Source: Fidelibacterota bacterium
GTDB lineage: Bacteria > Fidelibacterota > Marinisomatia > Marinisomatales > S15-B10
NCBI GenBank assembly: GCA_046861655.1
Contig: JBHIAI010000057.1
Location: 1 to 10,852 of the forward strand
Direction: 5' to 3'
Length of the DNA stretch: 10,852 nucleotides
This document shows positions 1 to 6,678 of this stretch, one piece after another. Positions within the stretch are counted from its first letter, which is position 1. Every line of letters begins with the position of its first letter. The translations under genes and the position numbers were made by a program. Below the pieces are notes generated by a model. It worked only from the letters and a program-made list of their open reading frames with translations, did no database searches and had not been told where the DNA came from.

Positions 1-3000
1 GTGACTGGATATCGGCCCCCTCCTGAGGACTGTTCGTCTGATGGGTCCAGCGATAATTCGAGGAGTAATTCACGGAGGGACGAAACCAGGAAAACAGGTT
101 TGGTGTAAACGTGGTGGACAGATTGTCGCTCACATCGGTAACGATCCCTGGATTCAAATCCTGAACGGCCGCCACATACCGGTTCCGAAACTTCCTCATA
201 TCACTCTTCATGACCTTCCTGTAGACCGTCCTCAGATTTTCGAAAACCTTGTAATCCAGCTTAAAGTTACGGCTCAGGCCGGCACTGGGGGTGAATGTGG
301 ACTCACCCACCCGGGGATCGATTTCTGTAAGGGATTCACTGAAATTGAGGGCCATGTCCAGGGACGTGGGCGTGTAGTAGATATGAGTTCCTCCGATCTT
401 CTTGCCCAGCCAGGGAATCTTTGTCAGGAACCGGAAAGGCTCCCAGTAATTGTCCCGTCCGAAGTTCAAGGTGTAACTCGTATTGCCGCTGACATTCCTC
501 TGATATCTATTGCGGATTTCAGCATTTGAATTCCAGTTTTGTGTCATGGAAACATTCGTCCTTATCTGATCGAGAGTGTGACGAGTAATCCACCGATCGG
601 ATTTCGTGGTCTTGGAAAAGGATGTGCTTACCGAGATCTGCCTGCTTTTGGTCAGCACGCTGTCGGGGGCCGTTTTCTGTGTCAGCGGTATGTCTGTCCC
701 GGGAAGATACTTTGGCGTGACCAGGTTGTCGGAATAGCTCACACTCAACGGAAGGGCCAGACCCCAGGACCCGGGCAGAAACTTGTTGACCTGCATACGA
801 CCGTCCACCCGGAGATTTTCCCGGGTGCTCCCTTTGCCCAGGCGCTTCTGAACGACGTGGAAGTCGGCGTCCTGTCGATTGAAGGTCAGCGTTGCGTTTC
901 CCACGTCCGCCAGACCCAGGGAGGTCTGGACACGGACAGCTGTTCCCACATCCTTGCGAACATGAGAAAACCTCAGTTCATCCAACCAGATTTCCCCCCC
1001 AATGGGTTCCGTGGGATTCGTGTTTCGAACCCCAACCTCGAAGTACTGAATCCGGTTCAGAGCAGGTTGACCTTTTATGAGGATCTTCCTCACCGTGTCC
1101 ACACCGTCCGTCTCAGTTTGGAGGTATGTCAGGGTGGAATCCGTCACCTTGAAAACATCGCCGGGCGGCGGAACGAACGTAGAGTCCTTCAGTCCCACAA
1201 GGAAATCCAGATCGAGATCAATGAAATTCCGCTTGTCCCACCCGTCATATACCGGTTGACGGAGTTCGTAAAAATTGTCAGCGTGTCCAAATCGCATGAA
1301 GAATTCGATGTCACTGGCGTCCCTGCGGCTGTACTCGCTGTTCCCGTAGACAAACAGTTTCATCTTCTTGTATGCGAGAAAACTCAAAGCATCCCGTTGC
1401 CTGAGGTCGATAGTTTTCTGGGCAGCCCCCTCCTGGAACGGCTTCAGATCGCTGAATTTTAGGACCAGGGACTGTTCCTTGTGCCGGATTTCATAAAAAC
1501 GGTCGTATTCCCCCTGGACCCCGATTTCTTCCACGCTCGCCGCATAATCCGGATTGTCGTGGGTGTTGATCACGGTCACAGCGAACGCACTGTCTGATTG
1601 GGCTTTCTTATAGGACTCGGAGGGATGGCTCCTCACCCCCAGTTCCAGCCACTCATTGCCCACCAGTTCCACCTTGGCAATGCGTACCTGGCCCTCATCG
1701 GGAATCCCCCTCAGGGAGATTCGAAGAAACTTGATGGTCTCCCAGCTAACCGAGGAGTTTTCTTCCTTGATCTTCTGGAAATGACTTAAGGGTATCCGGT
1801 ACTGCCGCCACCCGAATTCGGTCTGGCCCCCCTGGTACTGCTGCCAGTCCTCACTGCTTTCACTCAAGTCAAAGCTTGCCGTCCAATAATCGTCAGCCAT
1901 GTCCACCCGGTTATCCCGGTTGATATCCTCCGTATCCGGGTACCGGGGCTCAGGATCGCTGTCGCCCCGGGGATATCCATTTCCTTCCGTGCCGTTAACC
2001 CTTGAATAGTCGGTGAGCTGTTCGCTTCCCCGCCATTTGAAGGAATAATTATCCCCGTTGGGATCCGTGCGATCCAGATCAACTCCAGCATAAACCCGGG
2101 AACTCCAGAACGGATCCTCAAGGGCCTGCTCATAGGTTATGGTGTCCGGCAAACAACCACCATAGCCATCCTCAAAAGCGTCCTTGCACCCATCCAGTCC
2201 GATATCCTCCGCCCGTTCCAAGAGATCGTTCCCGAGCAGGAAACCTGCTTCAGGCACATCCTCAGAATCGAACCGTCTGTTTTCATTCTGATCTTCACTG
2301 ATGAACCCCAGGTCAACGGTCATTTTCCCCCTGTCCACGGACGTATTCAGCCAGATTTCGAAGAACTTGGTATCAGACTGGTTGTAGTCCCCACTGTAAA
2401 GAGGGGTGGTGATGGACGCCCAGACGGAATCGGGATCCACGGCCTGCTGCCCCGCCCGCCGGGAAAAGTTCAGGATGAGAATGTCCGTCAATTCATTCTG
2501 GCTGAGCCGGCTGGTTTCCAGATTGGGCCAGATACTCTGGGTAGGTACCTGGGTGTATGGATTGTACCAGAAAAGGTCCCCCCGGTTTTTCTGTGTCAAT
2601 CCCACCGGAGGAGATCCCCGAAACCACGAGCGACGCTTCACGGAAAAATTGGTGGTCCGTTTGGCTCCCTCAAAGTCGTCAATGTAAGCCACACCGTGAG
2701 GGTCCCCGGTTCTTCGATTGTTGACGGGATTGGGGTTCGGAAGGACCTGGGCAAATTCCCCCTCTATCCGGAATGAAGAAGGCTTCTGGGTTTTCAAAAG
2801 CGGAAGCCTGTCGATGGCCCGGGTGAGAAAATCAAGATCGGTCTCGTACCGGCCGTTCAAATCCCAGATGAAATTCCGCATCGGTTCATATCCCACCTCG
2901 ATTTTCTCATTGATGACCGACTGGTTGTAGTACAAAAAGGTCCCACCCACAAACGATTTTGGCCCAAGGTCCATCTGAGCCCGCGTTCCCAACATGGTCT

Positions 3001-5134
3001 TCTTGTCGAAAGAGACGAACTGCTGTTTCTCATACATAATCTTGAGATCGGCACCGGGCTTACTGAATTCATCCGTGAGGAAAGTGAGTGTCCCGGTAAA
3101 ATAGTCGATGATATAATCTTCGTCCTTCTTGAGAAGGACATTGTTCAGGTAGACTTCCTCACTTCCCTCCACGAGCATGAATCCTCCCAGGTTAACCGTG
3201 GAACTCCTGTTCTCGTAGCTGACCTTAATCTCGAATTCCGACCCTCTTTCAATGTCCGTTTGAGTCAGGCTCCGGTACATGGCAGCCGAATCGGACAGGA
3301 TGGACGAAAGTTCCTCCCGGTCGTTCCCCTCCCCAAAGTACTCGGGTGTGCCGGCCAGCCTGTCCGCCTCGAAGGGATGGAGCATGGGAAAAATCAGTTC
3401 TCCTGTCTTCAAACTTATGATGTTGACATTGGTGGTGTCCACGTAGTTATCGGGGGATAGTTCTCCAACTTCGTTGTAATCATCCAGACCAAAAAGGTGG
3501 AGAAAGGTGTTTCCCTGGGCATCCCGTTCGTTATCCGAGAGATCGCCGTTCTTCCAGATGATCTTAAGGTCAAACCCCTCGGGACGGATGCCGGTGGCAC
3601 CCAGGAAATAGACGTTCTTGAACGCCAGAGGCCAGACGGGATGGCCCGGGTTGGGAGTCGATGGTCTGATGAGTTTTAGATGAAGGGTGTCCCCTGTATC
3701 CACTTCGTAGCTGAACTGACCAACCTTTCTTACCACCTCTTCTTTTTCCCACTCCGTCAGGGTATAGGCCACCGCCAGAACCTGGTTTTGCTGAACAGGG
3801 ACGGTCAAACGGATGAATCCGAAGTCCTCGCTCACAACGTAGTCGTCCAACCTTTCGAGCCTTTCATACAGCCCTCGCTCTTCCTGATCAGAATCTACTT
3901 CCGGTCTCCCGGGATCCACGTGGGCTATCCCGGGATAGGTGCCCGTTTCCGCACCCATTTCTCCCGACACGGTCCTGAATACCTCAATTTCCTTGATAAC
4001 GACATCCCCCCTGAAATGCTTCCCTGCCTCAGTCAATGGATAGAAGCTGTGCATGAAAAGGGGCTGGCCATCCGATCCGACGATCGGGCTCCCCTGGTCG
4101 TCCGTGATCACACCTCCGTCCCTGAAAACCCTGCCGAGAAAGAAGTATTGATCCTTCTGATACTGATAGTCCGGGAGTGTGTAGCCCCGGGTTTCGGCTC
4201 CCCCCTTGTACTCAAGCTTCTCCTTGTTGGTCTGTTCAATGGAGACTACAGAGGTGACGTTCACCGGACCCAGCTTCATCAGGGACTTCAATCCGAACAG
4301 GCCCTTGTTCAACCCGGAAAACGTAACAAATTGGGTGGAAGGAAGAGAAAGAGAAATGTTTCCGGCTTCGATTTTCTGGACGATTTCGTCTTCTTGACCC
4401 GTGAAATGAATGCGAATGTTGTTCTCCCAGTTGAAATCCCGTTCACTGTCATAATCCATGAGGACAGTGACCCTTTCCCCAATCTTGCCCTCCGTGTGGA
4501 GATTCTGGCGTTGATCGAACTCGAAGTGACTGGTCTGGGATTCCCGGAGAGTGCTTCTCACCAGTTCCTGATCCTGAAACACCATGCCCCCCCGGACATT
4601 CACATTCCCCCGGATGTTCACCGAGACCCGGCCAGCACCGGTGTCCACTCCCAGCAGTTCCAGAGTCCCGGGCCGGACCCGGGAATCCGCAGTCTGGGTC
4701 TGTTCTATCCCCCCCCTCCGCAGTCGGGCGATCCTGTTCCTGAGGACCCGCTGGTTCACATACCAGGATAAGGGCGCGGAAAAGGGCACCTGGAGCAAAC
4801 GATCCCACACCGACTCGTAAAAAGTGGCCAGGCTCCAGTCGGAAGAAATGATAACCCACCGCTTCCTTCCCTTCATCCCGTCGGCCAGCACGCGCCGGGG
4901 AGCCACAAGGGAATCCAGGGAGAACGGCGAGAGAAAAGAGTTTTCGTCAAACGGATTCACCACCCACGGGGACACCCTCATACGCCAGCTTGCGGTGGAG
5001 GCCGGATGAAGAATGAATCTGTCATGCCCCGCCGACGAATCCGCCGCAGGGACGAAAGGATCCCCTGCCCTCAGGATGGACAACATCCCAAGGGTCGCAG
5101 CAAGTAAGACTGCCCCTGTTTTTCCCAACTGCAT
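1..5134 (-). CDS. sprA: T9SS outer-membrane translocon SprA/Sov (cell surface protein SprA); 3' end lies beyond the left window edge
   Basis: Hand translation of most of the reverse strand from ATG at 5134 gives a signal-peptide-like start, MQLGKTGAVLLAATLGMLSILRA. SprA-like motifs follow in the expected order: FEFDQRQNLHTEGKIGERVTVLMDYDSERDFNWENNIRIHFTGQEDEIVQKIEAGNISLSLP, GLFGLKSLMKLG, VLAVAY, LKLIRP..HPVWPLAFKNVYFLG, GELIFPMLHPF, EGSEEVYLNNVLLKKDEDYIIDYFTG, GYEPMRNFIWDLNG, FLTRAIDRLPL, GVAYIDDFEG, DLGFISED, DIGLDG, PDTEDINRD, WRQYRIPL, IWLDELR. The frame is the same at both ends, and the ORF track shows no stop-terminated ORF in this frame, consistent with one open frame running off the window. 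An in-frame TGA at 5183-5185 bounds the start. Confidence 0.95.
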   Translation of the reverse strand, partial: MQLGKTGAVLLAATLGMLSILRAGDPFVPAADSSAGHDRFILHPASTASWRMRVSPWVVNPFDENSFLSPFSLDSLVAPRRVLADGMKGRKRWVIISSDWSLATFYESVWDRLLQVPFSAPLSWYVNQRVLRNRIARLRRGGIEQTQTADSRVRPGTLELLGVDTGAGRVSVNIRGNVNVRGGMVFQDQELVRSTLRESQTSHFEFDQRQNLHTEGKIGERVTVLMDYDSERDFNWENNIRIHFTGQEDEIVQKIEAGNISLSLPSTQFVTFSGLNKGLFGLKSLMKLGPVNVTSVVSIEQTNKEKLEYKGGAETRGYTLPDYQYQKDQYFFLGRVFRDGGVITDDQGSPIVGSDGQPLFMHSFYPLTEAGKHFRGDVVIKEIEVFRTVSGEMGAETGTYPGIAHVDPGRPEVDSDQEERGLYERLERLDDYVVSEDFGFIRLTVPVQQNQVLAVAYTLTEWEKEEVVRKVGQFSYEVDTGDTLHLKLIRPSTPNPGHPVWPLAFKNVYFLGATGIRPEGFDLKIIWKNGDLSDNERDAQGNTFLHLFGLDDYNEVGELSPDNYVDTTNVNIISLKTGELIFPMLHPFEADRLAGTPEYFGEGNDREELSSILSDSAAMYRSLTQTDIERGSEFEIKVSYENRSSTVNLGGFMLVEGSEEVYLNNVLLKKDEDYIIDYFTGTLTFLTDEFSKPGADLKIMYEKQQFVSFDKKTMLGTRAQMDLGPKSFVGGTFLYYNQSVINEKIEVGYEPMRNFIWDLNGRYETDLDFLTRAIDRLPLLKTQKPSSFRIEGEFAQVLPNPNPVNNRRTGDPHGVAYIDDFEGAKRTTNFSVKRRSWFRGSPPVGLTQKNRGDLFWYNPYTQVPTQSIWPNLETSRLSQNELTDILILNFSRRAGQQAVDPDSVWASITTPLYSGDYNQSDTKFFEIWLNTSVDRGKMTVDLGFISEDQNENRRFDSEDVPEAGFLLGNDLLERAEDIGLDGCKDAFEDGYGGCLPDTITYEQALEDPFWSSRVYAGVDLDRTDPNGDNYSFKWRGSEQLTDYSRVNGTEGNGYPRGDSDPEPRYPDTEDINRDNRVDMADDYWTASFDLSESSEDWQQYQGGQTEFGWRQYRIPLSHFQKIKEENSSVSWETIKFLRISLRGIPDEGQVRIAKVELVGNEWLELGVRSHPSESYKKAQSDSAFAVTVINTHDNPDYAASVEEIGVQGEYDRFYEIRHKEQSLVLKFSDLKPFQEGAAQKTIDLRQRDALSFLAYKKMKLFVYGNSEYSRRDASDIEFFMRFGHADNFYELRQPVYDGWDKRNFIDLDLDFLVGLKDSTFVPPPGDVFKVTDSTLTYLQTETDGVDTVRKILIKGQPALNRIQYFEVGVRNTNPTEPIGGEIWLDELRFSHVRKDVGTAVRVQTSLGLADVGNATLTFNRQDADFHVVQKRLGKGSTRENLRVDGRMQVNKFLPGSWGLALPLSVSYSDNLVTPKYLPGTDIPLTQKTAPDSVLTKSRQISVSTSFSKTTKSDRWITRHTLDQIRTNVSMTQNWNSNAEIRNRYQRNVSGNTSYTLNFGRDNYWEPFRFLTKIPWLGKKIGGTHIYYTPTSLDMALNFSESLTEIDPRVGESTFTPSAGLSRNFKLDYKVFENLRTVYRKVMKSDMRKFRNRYVAAVQDLNPGIVTDVSDNLSTTFTPNLFSWFRPSVNYSSNYRWTHQTNSPQEGADIQS

Positions 5135-5142
5135 GTCGAAGA

Positions 5143-5163
5143 TCCCGATGTGGAATATCGGGA
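5143..5163. repeat. REP-like palindrome TCCCGAT-N7-ATCGGGA
   Basis: Perfect 7-bp inverted repeat in the rdgB-sprA spacer. The same arms recur at 6579-6595, and a related copy is at 6265-6291. Confidence 0.6.
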
Positions 5164-5254
5164 CACCTTCACACCCCTCACGTCAGGTCATTGGTCAATA
5201 CGTCGAGACCGACAAGGGGTTAAACAGGTAGCAGTGTTACTATCTGGATCTCCT

Positions 5255-5899
5255 TTAGGTTTGGTGAGAAGAGTGGGGGGTTGGAACGGAATCTCTATGA
5301 AGGAGGTTCACAAGCTTCCGAAGTGCCTTGCTCCGGTGACTCAATCGGTTCTTTTCCTTTTCCGATAATTGGGCGTAAGTCCTGCCCAGTTCCGGGATCG
5401 TGAACACGGGATCGTACCCGAATCCGCCGTCCCCGGCCGGTTCGGACCTGATTACTCCTTCAACGACTCCCTCTGCACAGAGTTCCTCCTGTCCGGGAGA
5501 GTCGGATTCGCCATCTACATAGCAGGCCACGGTCCGAAACCGGGCTGTTCGCCTTTCCGGCGGGACGTGCTTCAGGGCCTGCAGCAGTTTATCCATGTTA
5601 TCCTGATAGGTGGACCCTTCACCGGCATACCTCGCCGAAAGGACTCCCGGAGCTCCATGGAGGGCATCTACCTCCAGACCCGTGTCGTCGGCAATCACGG
5701 GATTCCCGGTGACGGAATGCACGGTCCTTGCCTTGATCAGGGCATTGTCCTTCAGAGTGGACCCCGTCTCCTGGATACGGGGTATCTTTCCCGCCGGATC
5801 GATGTCATCCAGGCTGTGTCCCTCAATGCCGAATTCTCGGAGGATAGATTTTACCTCCTGGGCTTTGTGGGGATTACGGGTTGCGATGACCACCTCCAT
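5255..5899 (-). CDS. rdgB: RdgB/HAM1 family non-canonical purine NTP (dITP/XTP) pyrophosphatase, 214 aa
   Basis: Family motifs IATRNPHK, ETGSTLKDNALIKA, ADDTGLEVDALHGAPGVLSARYAG, GFGYDPVF and KNRLSHR. Start reassigned from 6049 to the ATG at 5899 (MEVVIATRN), which matches the family N-terminus, has AAGGA upstream and lies downstream of the predicted promoter. Confidence 0.96.
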   Translation of the reverse strand: MEVVIATRNPHKAQEVKSILREFGIEGHSLDDIDPAGKIPRIQETGSTLKDNALIKARTVHSVTGNPVIADDTGLEVDALHGAPGVLSARYAGEGSTYQDNMDKLLQALKHVPPERRTARFRTVACYVDGESDSPGQEELCAEGVVEGVIRSEPAGDGGFGYDPVFTIPELGRTYAQLSEKEKNRLSHRSKALRKLVNLLHRDSVPTPHSSHQT

Positions 5900-5947
5900 G
5901 TATGTTGATTTCCTTAGCTCTGGGTTGTGCTTAGGAGAATATCTTAA

Positions 5948-5976
5948 AACATAGCTATTCCCTCTACGGCAGTCAA
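5948..5976 (-). promoter_or_regulatory. sigma70-type promoter for rdgB (possibly rdgB-sprA)
   Basis: The minus strand reads TTGACT (5976-5971), a 17-nt spacer, then TATGTT (5953-5948), about 50 nt upstream of the rdgB ATG. Confidence 0.7.
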
Positions 5977-6026
5977 GGAAAATTGGGGATTCCCAACCGT
6001 CCCTCCGAAGAGTACCAAGATTGCGG

Positions 6027-6055
6027 TTGCTTTTCGAGGGAGGTGACAATAATTT
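6027..6055 (+). promoter_or_regulatory. putative sigma70-type promoter for tRNA-Phe
   Basis: TTGCTT (6027-6032), a 17-nt spacer, then TAATTT (6050-6055). It is divergent from the rdgB promoter and is a weaker match to consensus. Confidence 0.45.
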
Positions 6056-6082
6056 CGAGCCGCTTCCAGCGGCTCGGTAGCT

Positions 6083-6098
6083 TCCCGCCGTGGCGGGA
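6083..6098. repeat. REP-like palindrome TCCCGCCGTGGCGGGA
   Basis: 15/16 identical to the copy at 6396-6411. The two copies flank the tRNA. Confidence 0.65.
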
Positions 6099-6157
6099 CA
6101 GGCAGTCTCCTCCTTCGCTACTCTCGGGAAGCATCATGAGATGGTCCCTTGAAAATT

Positions 6158-6230
6158 GGCCGAGTAGCTCAGTCGGTAGAGCAGTGGACTGAAAATCCAT
6201 GTGTCGGCGGTTCGATTCCGTCCTCGGCCA
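6158..6230 (+). tRNA. tRNA-Phe (anticodon GAA), 73 nt, 3' CCA not encoded
   Basis: Acceptor stem GGCCGAG/CTCGGCC plus discriminator A6230. D arm GCTC-AGTCGGTA-GAGC. Anticodon arm GTGGA-CTGAAAA-TCCAT with GAA at 6191-6193. T arm GGCGG-TTCGATT-CCGTC. The gene is followed by CTG, not CCA. Confidence 0.98.
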
Positions 6231-6264
6231 CTGGGAAACCAGCAAGCCCATCCGCTTTTTCACC

Positions 6265-6291
6265 CTCCCGATCAAATGGCCCAGTCGGGAG
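6265..6291. repeat. REP-like palindrome CTCCCGA-N13-TCGGGAG
   Basis: 7-bp inverted repeat with the TCCCGA/TCGGGA arms shared with 5143-5163 and 6579-6595. Confidence 0.5.
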
Positions 6292-6329
6292 TCTGCTTAG
6301 GCCGCGAAAAACCTCTTGTTCAGTGTTTT

Positions 6330-6505
6330 GTCGCCTTCGGGGAGTCAGATGAACACGGCTGAAGTGAGCGGAGGGAGAGAGGATCTGCTGTCTGATCCCG
6401 TCGTGGCGGGAGAGTTCAGATCATCGCCTCAGCGAACTGAAAGCCGTGCTGAATTTCCCGGCAGCGACTGTTTTCTTCGTCCTTCTTTTGCGCCAAAAGA
6501 AGGAC
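6330..6505 (+). other. structured non-coding element: ~140-nt rod-like hairpin plus perfect 12-bp hairpin (ncRNA or miniature repeat element)
   Basis: Nested inverted repeats GTCGC/GCGAC, CGGGGA/TTCCCG, TCAG/CTGA, CACGGCT/AGCCGTG, AGT-GA-GC/GC-GA-ACT, GAGG/CCTC and GATCTG/CAGATC enclose an apical palindrome at 6396-6411. They are followed by GTCCTTCTTTTG-CGC-CAAAAGAAGGAC (6479-6505). Strand is inferred from G-U and tandem G-A geometry. Confidence 0.6.
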
Positions 6506-6578
6506 AATTAATAAAGAGTGTTCGTGACACGAATGCGGGTGTCGGGTCCTCTCATGGAAAAGATGCTTTCGTACTTTT

Positions 6579-6595
6579 TCCCGATAAAATCGGGA
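6579..6595. repeat. REP-like palindrome TCCCGAT-AAA-ATCGGGA
   Basis: Perfect 7-bp inverted repeat with arms identical to 5143-5163. Confidence 0.6.
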
Positions 6596-6600
6596 TACCA

Positions 6601-6640
6601 AAAGAAACAGCGGCTGAACCAGCCCCCGTTTTTTCTTTAT
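6601..6640 (+). terminator. possible intrinsic terminator upstream of galK
   Basis: GGCTG-AAC-CAGCC hairpin (6612-6624) followed by CCCG and TTTTTTCTTT, with an A-rich tract upstream. The stem is short and separated from the T tract by 4 nt. Confidence 0.35.
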
Positions 6641-6678
6641 CGTCTTTTTGTGGCCATTGAGGAATTCAGTATCCCCCC

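Noticed and set aside
3907..3935. Palindrome TCCCGGGAT-N11-ATCCCGGGA inside sprA
   Set aside because: It resembles the intergenic repeat arms but encodes ordinary in-frame sequence (YPGIAHVDPG). Two Pro-Gly CCCGGG codon pairs explain it.
41..4771. Long + strand ORFs 41-529, 539-1462, 1598-1789, 3260-3460, 3497-3679 and 3680-4771
   Set aside because: All are in exact codon register antisense to sprA. They stay open because sprA rarely uses TTA, CTA or TCA codons. They have no recognisable motifs.
5183..5191. In-frame ATG-ACC-TGA upstream of sprA followed by a hairpin (possible selenocysteine or readthrough start)
   Set aside because: No SD precedes this ATG. A recoded residue at position 3 ahead of a signal peptide is implausible, and the hairpin belongs to the repeat family.
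5900..6049. 50-aa N-terminal extension of RdgB in the ORF track
   Set aside because: It spans the predicted promoter, and family similarity begins at the Met at 5899.
5973..6352. ORFs 5973-6275 (-), 5983-6192 (+) and 6149-6352 (+)
   Set aside because: They overlap the tRNA-Phe gene and promoter region, so they are read as spurious translations.
6056..6640. Repeated palindromes as a CRISPR array
   Set aside because: The repeats are short, heterogeneous and irregularly spaced, and there are no cas genes.
6316..6660. 114-aa + strand ORF (or 103 aa from ATG 6349, with GGAG upstream) in the tRNA-galK spacer
   Set aside because: It runs entirely through nested inverted repeats and has no recognisable domain. 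Its start region would be base-paired in the rod structure. It cannot be fully excluded without ribosome profiling or homologues.
6200..6665. tRNA-Phe as an integration site for a genomic island
   Set aside because: There is no integrase and no convincing duplicate of the tRNA 3' end (only GGCCA at 6652-6656). The downstream genes are housekeeping or metabolic.
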